Shown here: positions 46,219 to 56,014 of the stretch, piece after piece
Layout of the letters: each line of letters opens with the position of its first letter
Position numbering within the stretch: the stretch's first letter is position 1
Source: Planctomycetota bacterium
Lineage (GTDB): Bacteria; Planctomycetota; UBA11346
DNA: 64,000 nucleotides
Reading direction: 5' to 3'
NCBI GenBank assembly: GCA_038231435.1
Contig: JBBRLJ010000022.1
Location: forward strand, 30,575-94,574
The notes under the pieces: generated by a model
Told to the model about the DNA's origin: nothing
The model's input: only the letters and a program-made list of their open reading frames with translations
Databases searched by the model: none
Position numbers and translations under genes: made by a program

Positions 46219-47529
46219 TCAGGTCGGGCGCGGCAACCGGCGCGTGCGCAATCCGGAAGCCAACGCCATGGCGATGCCGGCGATCGCGCCGCCGACTCCG
46301 CAGCCGTGTCCGCCACCGCTGGCAGCGCTCGATGCCAGAGCCGGGCTCGACGGTCCGGATCCGCTTGGCGTGTCGCTGGGTGTGGTCGCGGGATCCGTTG
46401 ATGCGGGAGTGCTCAGGATGGTGGTGGAGGCGATGGGGCTCGATCCGATCCGTCCACCGATCGCGATCAGGCGCCCATCGTGCAGCCGCGTCAACGTGCC
46501 CTCGACGGAGGGATGCGGATTGGCTGGACCGGCAGTCCATGAACCGGAGCCGGAATCGTAGATCTCGGTGCCGACGCCGTCGGCGTCGAGGTAGCCGCTA
46601 GTGCCGAGCCGGGCCAGGGCGTGGCCGACGTGCGCACGCGTCATCGATCCGGTCGGCGTCCAGGAATCGGTTGAGGGATCGAAGATCTCGGCGCTCGCCG
46701 TGGCGTGGGCATCCGGGTCGTAGTAGGCGACGCCGCCGGCGCGCAGCGCGCGGCCTTCGGGAAGCGCGGCGAGCGCGAAATCCACCCAGTAACCTGATGC
46801 CGACCAGCTGCCGGCGACCCTCGCCGAGTTGTCGGCGGGATCGAACATCCATCCGCCCGGATCCAGGCTGCCGCTGTCCATGCCGCGGAACCCGCCCATC
46901 ACCAGCACGCGCCCATCCGAGAGCGTGACCGAGGTCGCCGATGCCGCGGCGACGATGGCCGGTAAGGCTGTCCAATGGCCGGTGGCGGGATCGAAACGTT
47001 CGATCGGATTCTCGTGGGCGATGTGATCATTGCCCGGGTCCATCGGATCGGTGGCGTCGCTGATGCCGCCGATCACCACCGCGCCGCCATCGGCGAGCGC
47101 CTCGATGACGTGCAGGTACCTGCCCACATGCAACGCTCCGGTGGGGCTCCAGGTTCCCGACGACGGATCGTAGAGCTCGCAGGTCGCGGATTTGGCATCC
47201 CCGCCCGCGCCGTCGTAGCGGCCGCCGGTTACCAGTACCTTGCCGGAGGCGAGCACGCAGGCGCGCGCATCCACGCGGTCGAAGGTCCGCGACACCGACC
47301 ATCCCGCCAGGCGCCCATCGCTGATCAAGGCGGTGCGCAGCGGCGCGAAACCGTCGTCTAGTCCACCCACCACCATCACGCCGCCGTTCGCGAGCGCGAG
47401 CGCCTGGTGCTGGTATCTCGGCGCGGGAAGATTCGGTCCGGATGTCCAAGACGGATCCGCTGCGCCAGCTTCTGCGCAAGCGATCGCCGCGGTGATCAGC
47501 ATCGCCATCATGGTCAGGGTCTTGGTCAT
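46219..47529 (-). CDS. Secreted Kelch-repeat protein with a C-terminal GlyGly-Cys-TM-basic tail
   Basis: Signal peptide; repeats LASGKVLVTGG...ELYDP..GTW; tail SGGGHGCGVGGAIAGIAMALASGLRTRR; GGAGG RBS. Confidence 0.85.
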   Translation of the reverse strand: MTKTLTMMAMLITAAIACAEAGAADPSWTSGPNLPAPRYQHQALALANGGVMVVGGLDDGFAPLRTALISDGRLAGWSVSRTFDRVDARACVLASGKVLVTGGRYDGAGGDAKSATCELYDPSSGTWSPTGALHVGRYLHVIEALADGGAVVIGGISDATDPMDPGNDHIAHENPIERFDPATGHWTALPAIVAAASATSVTLSDGRVLVMGGFRGMDSGSLDPGGWMFDPADNSARVAGSWSASGYWVDFALAALPEGRALRAGGVAYYDPDAHATASAEIFDPSTDSWTPTGSMTRAHVGHALARLGTSGYLDADGVGTEIYDSGSGSWTAGPANPHPSVEGTLTRLHDGRLIAIGGRIGSSPIASTTILSTPASTDPATTPSDTPSGSGPSSPALASSAASGGGHGCGVGGAIAGIAMALASGLRTRRLPRPT

Positions 47530-47765
47530 CGTGCCTCCGCGAGCGGCTTCGAAGTGCGTCTGGCGACGATCCGGTCGCTCGGGTGGCGAGCGTATGATGC
47601 CGCCCCTCATCGGCGACGTCTCCGCTTTCGCACCTTCGACGCGCCACGCCCGGCGATGGTCCCGGCCACTGCGCTGCGCAGGAAAACATTGCAAGGTGCA
47701 GGCTCCGAGCTGCTGCTACCCCGCTCGCCCCTGGCGCGAGCCGCGCATCCGCGAATGATCACGCC

Positions 47766-48407
47766 ATGACCACGGATCCGCTCGCAGGGCCGGAGGTCTC
47801 GACAGTGCGCGGCAGCGCGCGGGTGACCGCGTCGCTGATCGTCGCGAGTCTGGCCGCAACGATCCTGACCTGGCACACCACCATCGATGCGACCTACCAC
47901 TGGTTCACCATCGCGGACTACGTGCGCTCGGGCGATGACCGCGTGCCGGTGCACCCCGATCGGTTCCACGATATCCTGCGCGGCCAGGTGTGGCGGCTGG
48001 CGACTCCGGCCCTGGTGCACGTGAAGTTCCTGCACCTCGCCCTGAACATGGTGGGCTTGTGGGTGTTCGCTTCAGCTATCGAGGCGCGACGTGGCGCACG
48101 CTTCCTCGCGGCGCAGGTCGCGGTGCTCGCGATCTGTGCCGACATGGTCCAGTACCTGCTGGTCGGTCCGTTCTTCGGTGGCATGTCGGGCGTGGTCTAC
48201 GGCCTGCTCGCATACATCTGGATGCGTCACCGCCGCGATCCCACCGAGGACATCCCGCTGCAGCGTACCTACCTGGCGATGATGACGGTCTGGCTGCTCT
48301 ACAGCCTGGTATTCCTGCCCGAGGCGGGAAACGCGGCGCACCTCACCGGGCTTGGCATCGGGCTCGCCTGGGGTGCGCTGCCACGCCGCCGCGCCGCCGC
48401 GACATGA
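47766..48407 (+). CDS. Rhomboid intramembrane serine protease (GlpG-like)
   Basis: GQVWR, HLALN, GGMSGVVYG, AAHLTG. Confidence 0.92.
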   Translation: MTTDPLAGPEVSTVRGSARVTASLIVASLAATILTWHTTIDATYHWFTIADYVRSGDDRVPVHPDRFHDILRGQVWRLATPALVHVKFLHLALNMVGLWVFASAIEARRGARFLAAQVAVLAICADMVQYLLVGPFFGGMSGVVYGLLAYIWMRHRRDPTEDIPLQRTYLAMMTVWLLYSLVFLPEAGNAAHLTGLGIGLAWGALPRRRAAAT

Positions 48408-49714
48408 GCCGTCCGCGACGCAGGCGCATCGTCCTCGCCACCATGGGCTCGCGCGGCGACGTGCAGCCGATGCTCGCCTTGGCGCTCGCGCTGCGCGGCC
48501 GTGGTCACGACGCGGTGTTCTGCGCACCGCCGGATTTCTCGGGGTGGATCACCGGTCACGGCTTCGAGTTCCATGGCGCGGGCATGGACGTGGGCGCGTT
48601 CCTCCAGGCGCACGCTACGGCCGTGGTCGGACGAATGGCCGGATTGACCGGGGGGCTCGGGGTCTTCCGCCGTGAAGTCGCCGCGCAGTTCTCCGTGCTG
48701 GCCCGGGTCGCCGAAGGCGCCGATGCGATCGTCGGTGCTTCGCTCGCATTCGCGGCGGCCTCGATCGCCGAATCCCAGCGCGTGCCCTACCTGTTCGCCC
48801 TGTTCGCGCCGATGCTCCTGCGCTCGCGCGAGCATCCACCATTCCTGCTGCCGGCGCTGCGACTGCCCGGCTGGCTCAACGCCTGCGGCTGGACCCTCTC
48901 CAGGATCCTGACCGATCGCCTGCTGCGTCCTGCGATCGATCACCAACGCGAACGGCTCGCGCTGCCGCCCATCGGCGACACCCTGTCGCACCTCTTGTCG
49001 GGGAGGCTGCTGCTGGCATGTGACGCGCAGATCGCGCCGCTTCCAGCCGACGTGCGTGAACGCTGCGTGCAGACCGGGGCATGGATCATGCCGCCCGTGG
49101 CCGGGGCCGCGCTGACTCCCGATCCCGCGCGCGATCTGGAGGGGTTCATTGCCGCGGGCGCGCCGCCAGTGTACGTGGGGTTCGGCAGCATGACCGATCC
49201 CGATCCGGTGCGCACCACGCGCATGGTGATCGAGACATGCACACGCCTCGGCCGCCGGCTGGTGCTCTCGCGCGGCTGGGGCGGTCTCGGCGTGGCCTCG
49301 GATGGTGGGGCGGCAGTCGCCGTGGGCATCACCAGCGGCGAGGTGTTCGTGCTCGGCGACGCCCCCCATGCGGCGGTCTTCCCGCGCATGGCGGCGGTCG
49401 TGCACCACGGGGGTTCGGGCACGGTCGCGACCGCGACGCGTGCGGGCGTGCCCCAGGCGGTGGTCCCGCACATCGCCGACCAGTTCTACTGGGGCGAGCG
49501 CCTGCGCCGCATCGGCGTGGCGCCCGCTCCACTGCCGCGCTCCCGCCTCGATGTGGCCCATCTCAAGGCGCTCATCGCGCCGTGCCTGTCCGATCCCATG
49601 CTGGCCGCGCGCGCGCGAACCCTGGCGAGCGCGGTGGCCGCGACCCGGGGAGTCGAAGCGGCCGTCGACGAGATCGAAGCGGCGATGCGCGAAGGCGTGG
49701 CGTCCCGGCGATAG
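48404..49714 (+). CDS. GT1-family glycosyltransferase (sterol glucosyltransferase/GtfB-like)
   Basis: GSRGDVQP, YVGFGSM, HHGGSGT, DQFYW. Confidence 0.9.
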   Translation: MSRPRRRRIVLATMGSRGDVQPMLALALALRGRGHDAVFCAPPDFSGWITGHGFEFHGAGMDVGAFLQAHATAVVGRMAGLTGGLGVFRREVAAQFSVLARVAEGADAIVGASLAFAAASIAESQRVPYLFALFAPMLLRSREHPPFLLPALRLPGWLNACGWTLSRILTDRLLRPAIDHQRERLALPPIGDTLSHLLSGRLLLACDAQIAPLPADVRERCVQTGAWIMPPVAGAALTPDPARDLEGFIAAGAPPVYVGFGSMTDPDPVRTTRMVIETCTRLGRRLVLSRGWGGLGVASDGGAAVAVGITSGEVFVLGDAPHAAVFPRMAAVVHHGGSGTVATATRAGVPQAVVPHIADQFYWGERLRRIGVAPAPLPRSRLDVAHLKALIAPCLSDPMLAARARTLASAVAATRGVEAAVDEIEAAMREGVASRR

Positions 49715-49721
49715 CCGTGGA

Positions 49722-51191
49722 TCAGCCGCGCGAGCGCTCGACGGCGCGATGCCACGAGGCTTGGAGCCGATCGCGATGATCGGCGGCCATCGTGGGCATG
49801 AAATCGCGCTCATGCCGCCACAACTCGTCGGAGCGCGCGAGCGGCGGATAGATGCCGAGGCGCAGGCCCGCGAGCATGGCGGCGCCCAGGGCGGTGGTCT
49901 CGGTGACCACAGGACGGCGCACGCGCAGCGCGCAGACGTCGGCCACGAAGCCCATCAGCCACGCGTTGGCGGTCATGCCTCCGTCGACGCGCATCTCGAT
50001 CGGCCTGGCGCCGTCCGCCGCCATGGCATCGAGCAGATCGCGCACCTGGTAGGCGACCGATTCGAGCCCCGCGCGCACGATCTCGGCGCTGCCGCTGTCG
50101 CGGGTCAGGCCGGTGATGGTGCCGCGCGCGTGCGGATCCCAGTAGGGGGCGCCGAGCCCGGTGAAGGCGGGGACCAGGTGGACACCACGGTTGTCCGGCA
50201 GCGCCGCGGCCACCGCTTCGCTCGACGCCGCGTCGGGGATCGCGTGCAGCCGGTCGCGGAGCCATTGCACGATGGTACCGGCGTTGAACACGCTGCCCTC
50301 GAGGGCGAACGCCGCCCGTCCATCGATCCGCCAGGCCACGGTTGAGAGCATGCGGTGGCGCGACGGCAGCGGATTGGATCCGGTGTTGACCAGCACGAAG
50401 CAGCCGGTGCCGAAGGTGGCCTTGGCCATGCCGGGCTTCACGCAGGCCTGGCCGATCGCGGCCGCCTGCTGGTCGCCGGCGATGCCCAGGATCGGGATCG
50501 CGGGGCCGAGTTCGCACGTGACGCCGAAATCGGCGCTCGAATCCATGACCGCGGGCAGCATCGCGCGCGGGATGGCGAAGGCGCGCAGCAATTCATCATC
50601 CCAATCCTGGGCCACGATGTCGAAGAGCATGGTGCGCGAGGCGTTGGTCGCGTCGGTGGCGTGCACCGCGCCGGCGGTCAGGCGCCACAGCAGGAAGCTG
50701 TCGACGGTGCCGAACAGCACCTCGCCGCGTTCAGCGCGCGCCCGCGCGCCCGGACAATGGTCGAGCAGCCAGGCGATCTTGGTCGCCGAGAAGTATGGAT
50801 CCAACAGCAGCCCGGTGCGCGCGCGCACGGTGTCCTCGAGGCCTGCTTCGCGCGCCCGCGCGCACGCGTCCGCGGTGCGGCGGTCCTGCCAGACGATGGC
50901 GCGGTGCAGCGGTTCACCGGTGGCGCGGTCCCAGATCAGCGTGGTTTCGCGCTGGTTGGTGATGCCGATGGCGGAGATGGCCGAGGGTTCGAGGCCGGCC
51001 TTGCTCACGGCCTCGCGCATGGTCGCGCGCGCTGCGCTCCAGATCGCCTCGGGATCGTGCTCGACCCAGCCATCTGCGGGATAGTGCTGCTCGAGCACCC
51101 GGGCGCCGCTGGCGAGCGGAGCACCGTGCTGGTCAAAGACGATGGCGCGCGTGCTGGTGGTGCCCTGGTCGAGGGCGAGGATGTATGGCAT
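49722..51191 (-). CDS. glpK: Glycerol kinase
   Basis: DQGTTSTR, ITNQRET, WQDRR, DPYFSATK, GDQQAA, VDGG. Confidence 0.97.
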   Translation of the reverse strand: MPYILALDQGTTSTRAIVFDQHGAPLASGARVLEQHYPADGWVEHDPEAIWSAARATMREAVSKAGLEPSAISAIGITNQRETTLIWDRATGEPLHRAIVWQDRRTADACARAREAGLEDTVRARTGLLLDPYFSATKIAWLLDHCPGARARAERGEVLFGTVDSFLLWRLTAGAVHATDATNASRTMLFDIVAQDWDDELLRAFAIPRAMLPAVMDSSADFGVTCELGPAIPILGIAGDQQAAAIGQACVKPGMAKATFGTGCFVLVNTGSNPLPSRHRMLSTVAWRIDGRAAFALEGSVFNAGTIVQWLRDRLHAIPDAASSEAVAAALPDNRGVHLVPAFTGLGAPYWDPHARGTITGLTRDSGSAEIVRAGLESVAYQVRDLLDAMAADGARPIEMRVDGGMTANAWLMGFVADVCALRVRRPVVTETTALGAAMLAGLRLGIYPPLARSDELWRHERDFMPTMAADHRDRLQASWHRAVERSRG

Positions 51192-51255
51192 CGGCGGGCA
51201 TCATGGACAGATCAGCGGGAGAGGAAACCTCGCGCTGGGACATCCGCCCGAGCGA

Positions 51256-51576
51256 TCATTCGCCGTCCTCGTCGATGCCGTACGGCTCCGACGGCTCGGC
51301 CTCGCCCAAGACCTCGACCTCGCCAATGATGCGACCCTGGTCGTCGCGTTCCTCGACGTAGCAGCGCACGCGGCGGTTCTGGTAATTCAGGGCCATGCGC
51401 GCGGCAGCCTCCTCGTCGAGGGCATCCTCGCGAGAGGCCATGCCGCTCTCGGTCACGCGCACGAATTCGCGCGCGGCGTAGGAGCCGATGTTGCGCGCTT
51501 CGACGTGATCCACCTCCAATTCGAGCATCTCGCCGTCGACCACGTCCATCACCACGCCTTCCAGGATGTCGGCCAT
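51256..51576 (-). CDS. Small acidic protein with a degenerate thermonuclease (SNase)-like pattern
   Basis: VMDVVDGEM...VRV...RDDQGRIIGEV; GGAGG RBS; TATAAT at 51601-51606 on the minus strand. Confidence 0.65.
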   Translation of the reverse strand: MADILEGVVMDVVDGEMLELEVDHVEARNIGSYAAREFVRVTESGMASREDALDEEAAARMALNYQNRRVRCYVEERDDQGRIIGEVEVLGEAEPSEPYGIDEDGE

Positions 51577-51779
51577 GGAGCACCTCCGGATCTTGGCCGC
51601 ATTATAGCCATCTGGCTTGAGGAGTTCAGCACATTACCAACCCGGTCGATGCGCGACGGCCGCGGTGCGTCACCGTCCAGACTAATCCGTCAGCGGTCGA
51701 CCACTAACCTGCAAGATCGACTGTCAGGGTTCCAGTGAGGCCCAGTGGCGGGACATCGGCCGCCCCGCATGCTGCCGCC

Positions 51780-52214
51780 ATGACCGTCCAACGCGTGACC
51801 ATCCGGCTGCGCTGTGCCGCCGATACCCAGCAGCAGGCGTGGCTGACCATGCACGTTTCACCCCGCGACGACCAGCAGGTGCGGTTGAAGGCGGAGATCG
51901 CCGAGGCCATGGCGGCGGATACCGTGAGCTTCACCGATCCGGTGCCGCCGCATCAGGCGCAGATCATCAAGAACGAGGTCATGGGCGGCATCCTGACCGC
52001 CAAGCGCCACGCCAAGCGCGGGTGCACCGTCGAGTTGGTCAGTCTCGGCGGTGCCAACGGCGAGTTGCGCAGCGTCAGCGGCGTGGGCTCCATCGCCTTC
52101 GCCGTGGCCGCGACCCTGGCGGTTTCTCAAGGCCTAGGCGCCGAGGATCTGCGCGAGAAGCCACATGGAGGGTACGGTTGGAACCTCGAGTCGGTCGAGG
52201 TCAGCGAGCTCTAA
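51780..52214 (+). CDS. Hypothetical protein resembling EF-G domain IV
   Basis: QQAWLTMHVSP...VPP...GGI...VELVS...SIAFAVAATLAVSQGL. Confidence 0.6.
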   Translation: MTVQRVTIRLRCAADTQQQAWLTMHVSPRDDQQVRLKAEIAEAMAADTVSFTDPVPPHQAQIIKNEVMGGILTAKRHAKRGCTVELVSLGGANGELRSVSGVGSIAFAVAATLAVSQGLGAEDLREKPHGGYGWNLESVEVSEL

Positions 52215-52228
52215 TCCGGGGGCTTTCA

Positions 52229-52276
52229 GTTGGGGGACTGCGGCCCCCCACCATCGGCCTCCGGCCTGCCCCCCAG
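52229..52276. repeat. Palindromic REP-like element between convergent genes
   Basis: tggggg-actgcggc-ccccca hairpin plus ggcct-cc-ggcctgccccc; related to 15666-15787. Confidence 0.5.
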
Positions 52277-52337
52277 ACAGCGGGAGGGGGAGGTACATGG
52301 AGACCGTGATCGAGGCCGCGTATCGACGTTCTGGAGA

Positions 52338-52859
52338 TTATTTCGTGGCGGTCGTCGCGTTGACGGAGTGCTCGGCGTCGTCGGCGGCGTGCTTGGCGGT
52401 ACGGGCGTCGTGGAGGGCGTTGGCGATGCGGGCATCCTGGTCGCGTTCGCGTTGACGGTCTGCGAGCCAGTAGCGCCAGGACTGTGGATGATCGCTCGGT
52501 GGGTAGCCCGGGTAGTGGCTCTGACCCTGATAGATCGGAGGTTTCAGGCCTGTGCGCTCGCGCAGGGCGGCTACTGCTTCCTCGTGGGTCTGGCGGTCTC
52601 CGACCGCTGCGACCAACAGCGGCAGCACCACGTCATCGTCGCTGGTGCCGCGGTCGGCATAGTGTCGCACTACCTGGCGTTTCGCCGCCGCATCGTTGCC
52701 GCTGAACACGCGCTGGAATTCGGCGGTCGCGTCCGAGACGGCTTTCCCAGCGTCCGATGCTTCGGCTGCATACGCCGAAGCCATGGGGGCCACGGCCAGA
52801 GCGGCCACCAGCAAACATGGGAGTGACGTGAACATCGGCTTCAGCATCTGCATTGGCAT
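52338..52859 (-). CDS. Exported hypothetical protein (HEAT-like helices)
   Basis: GAGGAGG RBS; signal peptide ending AYA; ALRERTG...WRYW pattern. Confidence 0.65.
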   Translation of the reverse strand: MPMQMLKPMFTSLPCLLVAALAVAPMASAYAAEASDAGKAVSDATAEFQRVFSGNDAAAKRQVVRHYADRGTSDDDVVLPLLVAAVGDRQTHEEAVAALRERTGLKPPIYQGQSHYPGYPPSDHPQSWRYWLADRQRERDQDARIANALHDARTAKHAADDAEHSVNATTATK

Positions 52860-53046
52860 AGATCCTCCTCGCCGAACCTCGTGATGCGGCTGGGCTCATT
52901 CTACCGATGCCCACGTTGCCGCGCCATGGCGACCAGCCCTGGTGGGTGGCCTCGTGGAACGTCAAAGGTTGCCCACGGTTGGTGGGCCCGGCAAGAGTCC
53001 CTGCGGATAATGGCTCGGTCGCGGAGGCACCTGTCGCGGAGGCACC

Positions 53047-53307
53047 ATGGACAACGACTACGGCAAGGTCATCGATCCGGTGTGCGGCGTGGCCGTCGAT
53101 CCGGAGGCACCGTTCACCCATGCCGTGCACGGGGTGACCTATCATTTCTGCACGTCGGTATGCCGCGATCAATTCGTGCAGCATCCCGATCGTTACGTCC
53201 TCGGCGATCACGAGGACGAGGAAGCGGCCAGGCGCAGCGAAGGCGAGGCGGGCGTTCGTCGGGCATCGGGACGGCGATCGCCGTCGCGATCCATACCAGC
53301 GCTCTAG
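53047..53307 (+). CDS. YHS domain protein
   Basis: DPVCG, GVTYHFCT..C...F...P.RY; GGAGG RBS. Confidence 0.9.
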   Translation: MDNDYGKVIDPVCGVAVDPEAPFTHAVHGVTYHFCTSVCRDQFVQHPDRYVLGDHEDEEAARRSEGEAGVRRASGRRSPSRSIPAL

Positions 53308-53403
53308 CCCGATGAAGCGGCCTATGAAGAGGCCACAGGAGAGCCCGCTGGGCCCGCAGGCTGTCGGCACCGGAACGCCGGATCAGCCCGCCTGACCGCG
53401 TGA

Positions 53404-54414
53404 TCACTTCTTCTTGGCGGTGCTGTCCGGTTCGATGACGATGAGGTCGCTGCCTGGCAGTGCGTCGTAGCGTACCGTTCCCATGGTGACCGTCGCCTGG
53501 GCATGGCGCTTCCCCTGGGTGATGACGCAGGCTTTCCAGCTTTCAGGGACCGTCGTAACCAGGGTCAGCGGCAGATCGTAGAAGACCGGATCTGCAGTGC
53601 AGGAGAGCGTCACGGTGATCTTGGCGGCGCTGCTTGCGCCCGGCTTCACCGTCGCCGCGTCGCGCTCGGTGGCGTATTGGTGCACGGGGATGTGGTTGGT
53701 GATCCACACCTGGTCGGATCGCTTTGCCAGGCCATCCAGGAATTCGATGAAGATAGGCATGGGAGTAATGATCCAATCCTCGCCCACGCCATGGAAGACG
53801 ATGCATTCGAAGATGTGGGTGGCGATGGCCTTGTCGACGCGCTTGAGCATGTCGTCGGCGGTCTTGAGCGTGATCATCGCGCCGTGATCACCGAAGTCCG
53901 GACGCGACACGAGGTGGTTCTTCGCCAGCTGCGCGTCGAGATCTGACTTCGAGAGGGTCCAGGCTTCCGCGGGCACGCCGGGCTGCCCCCACGAGACCAG
54001 GCGCAGCCACGGCAGTTTGGGCGTCAACTGGTGGATCGCCTCGGTGCAGCCGCCGATCTCGGCCTCGGCCTCGGCGACGCTCTTAACGCCCTTGTGGGTC
54101 ATGGTGTGGTTGGCGAGTTCGAAGCCGGCCGCGGGGATGTCCTTCTCCCAGGCCGATTTCTGGGCGGCGAAGTGGCCCGAGCCTGGGTTGATGTAGAACG
54201 TCCCGGTGAAGCCGCGCTTGGTCAGTTCAGGGATCGCGTTCTTCACGTCGCTCTGGCAGCTGTCGTCGAACATCAGGACCAGCGCGGCCGCGCGGTCGTC
54301 TTTCCAATGGGCGATGCGGGTGGCGCCCACGGCGTCCGCCGCTGAGGCCGGCATCGCCATGGCCGATAAGCCGATGGCGAGGGTCAGCGAGCAGGCGGGG
54401 GAGGCGGATCTCAT
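53404..54414 (-). CDS. Exported polysaccharide deacetylase (NodB/CE4-like)
   Basis: LMFDD, GTFYIN, ELANHTMTH, IVFHGV; signal peptide. Confidence 0.88.
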   Translation of the reverse strand: MRSASPACSLTLAIGLSAMAMPASAADAVGATRIAHWKDDRAAALVLMFDDSCQSDVKNAIPELTKRGFTGTFYINPGSGHFAAQKSAWEKDIPAAGFELANHTMTHKGVKSVAEAEAEIGGCTEAIHQLTPKLPWLRLVSWGQPGVPAEAWTLSKSDLDAQLAKNHLVSRPDFGDHGAMITLKTADDMLKRVDKAIATHIFECIVFHGVGEDWIITPMPIFIEFLDGLAKRSDQVWITNHIPVHQYATERDAATVKPGASSAAKITVTLSCTADPVFYDLPLTLVTTVPESWKACVITQGKRHAQATVTMGTVRYDALPGSDLIVIEPDSTAKKK

Positions 54415-54520
54415 GGACAACTCCAGCGTTGGTGGCGGCAGCGGTGATGGTCCGGCGAAGCCGGGCGTGATGGCGGCATCCTAGCAGCCGCCTGAAAAAC
54501 AGCAGCCTGTCGTCTCGCGC

Positions 54521-56014
54521 TCAAGGCGCGGGAGGCGCCGCAGCAGGCACAGTGGCGTCGCCGAACATCGTCTTGGGATCCGCGAGCGGCGAGATGATCG
54601 CCTTCTCGCCATCGAGCATGAGTACACCGATGAGCTGGCCATCGCTGCGGGACACCACGGCCGCCCCATGCCAGGAGGCGTCGATCGGCACCACCGGATC
54701 GATCCGCCAGAAGATGCCATCGGCGCTGATCCGGGCGGCCGCGAGGGCGAGGGGAGCGATGGCCGGATCGCCCACCGCCAGACAGTCCTCGGGAGCCGCC
54801 GGAGCGCGCATGCGCGCGAGCGGCCAGATCTGGTCAGCCCCGAGGCCCAGTTCGAGATGCAGGACCGCGATGCCGCGCTCCTCCCATGCCGGCGCGGTGG
54901 AGACGGAGAAGCGGGAGCCCGCGACCTGTAGCTCGAGCGAACCGTCCCTCGCCGCCTTGTCCGCGCGCACCAGGCTCGCTGGGCCGAGCAGCCCGCCTGG
55001 CACGGCGAGTGTCCAGCCGCGGTACGAACGTTGGCGGCGCAGCAGCTCCTTGCGTTTCCAGCTGATGGTGGTGGCGAGTGGCCGCGGTAGCTGCTGTCCC
55101 TCGATGGTGTCGCCTACGGCGAGCGCAGGCTGCCAGGCCATCCATTCGTCCTTGGGTTCCGGCTGCAGGCTGAAGTGATGCCCGGTCGACACGGCCTCGC
55201 CGGCCTGTGGTGGCGTGGCCAAGGCGATCGCGCCCGAAACCAGCGCCTCGGGGGAATCGAAGCCGACCTTGAGGCCGTCCTTGAGGCCGATCTTGAGCGA
55301 GATGCCGCTGGTCTCCCAGAAACAGGTCTTCTCGCGGATCAGTCCAGCGAAGGGTGGATCGATGTCGACGCGCACCTCGATCGCGCTGGCGTCGTTGGAC
55401 AATCCGGTGGAGACCACCCGGCCGATGGTGAGCTGGCGGTAGGTGACGATGGATGCCGGGCGGATGCCACCGCGGGTCGGCGCCTGGATGATGATCTCGA
55501 GCGAACCGGGGGGGCACAGCGCGGTGATCGGGATGTCCTCGAGGCCCTGGAATTCCTCGCGCGGCACGCCCAGGCCGGGCAGCACACCGATGTAGCGCGC
55601 GCCTGCGAGGGTATCGAGCCCGCCGATGCCGCCCCAGCCGAAGGTCGGCCTGACGATCCAGAACAGGCTGCCGGAGCGGGCCAGATCCGCCGATGTCTCC
55701 TCGAGCCGGATATCGACCTCGACTCCCGCGAGGTCCTTGTCCAGACGCAGCTGCTTGACCTGCCCAACCACGATGCCGCGGTGCCTGACCAGGTCGCCTT
55801 CGCGCAGTCCGTGTCCGTCCTGGAAATGGAGGGAGATGCTCGGTCCGCCGACCTTCCAATTCTTCCACACCGCGTAGCCGACGATCGCCGCCGCGAGCGG
55901 AGGCAGCAGCCATGCCCACGACCAGCCGCCGCGGCGGCGGACGGTCGCCTGCGCCGGCGATGCCGATGGCGCGGCTCTCAGTGATTTCCCGGAGGAGCCC
56001 TCGATGTCAGGCAT
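54521..56014 (-). CDS. pqiB: PqiB/MlaD family protein with two MCE domains and an extra C-terminal domain
   Basis: WAWLLP TM, GLREGDLVRHRGIVVGQV, FWIVRP, second MCE VTYRQLTIGRV...FWETSG. Confidence 0.85.
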   Translation of the reverse strand: MPDIEGSSGKSLRAAPSASPAQATVRRRGGWSWAWLLPPLAAAIVGYAVWKNWKVGGPSISLHFQDGHGLREGDLVRHRGIVVGQVKQLRLDKDLAGVEVDIRLEETSADLARSGSLFWIVRPTFGWGGIGGLDTLAGARYIGVLPGLGVPREEFQGLEDIPITALCPPGSLEIIIQAPTRGGIRPASIVTYRQLTIGRVVSTGLSNDASAIEVRVDIDPPFAGLIREKTCFWETSGISLKIGLKDGLKVGFDSPEALVSGAIALATPPQAGEAVSTGHHFSLQPEPKDEWMAWQPALAVGDTIEGQQLPRPLATTISWKRKELLRRQRSYRGWTLAVPGGLLGPASLVRADKAARDGSLELQVAGSRFSVSTAPAWEERGIAVLHLELGLGADQIWPLARMRAPAAPEDCLAVGDPAIAPLALAAARISADGIFWRIDPVVPIDASWHGAAVVSRSDGQLIGVLMLDGEKAIISPLADPKTMFGDATVPAAAPPAP

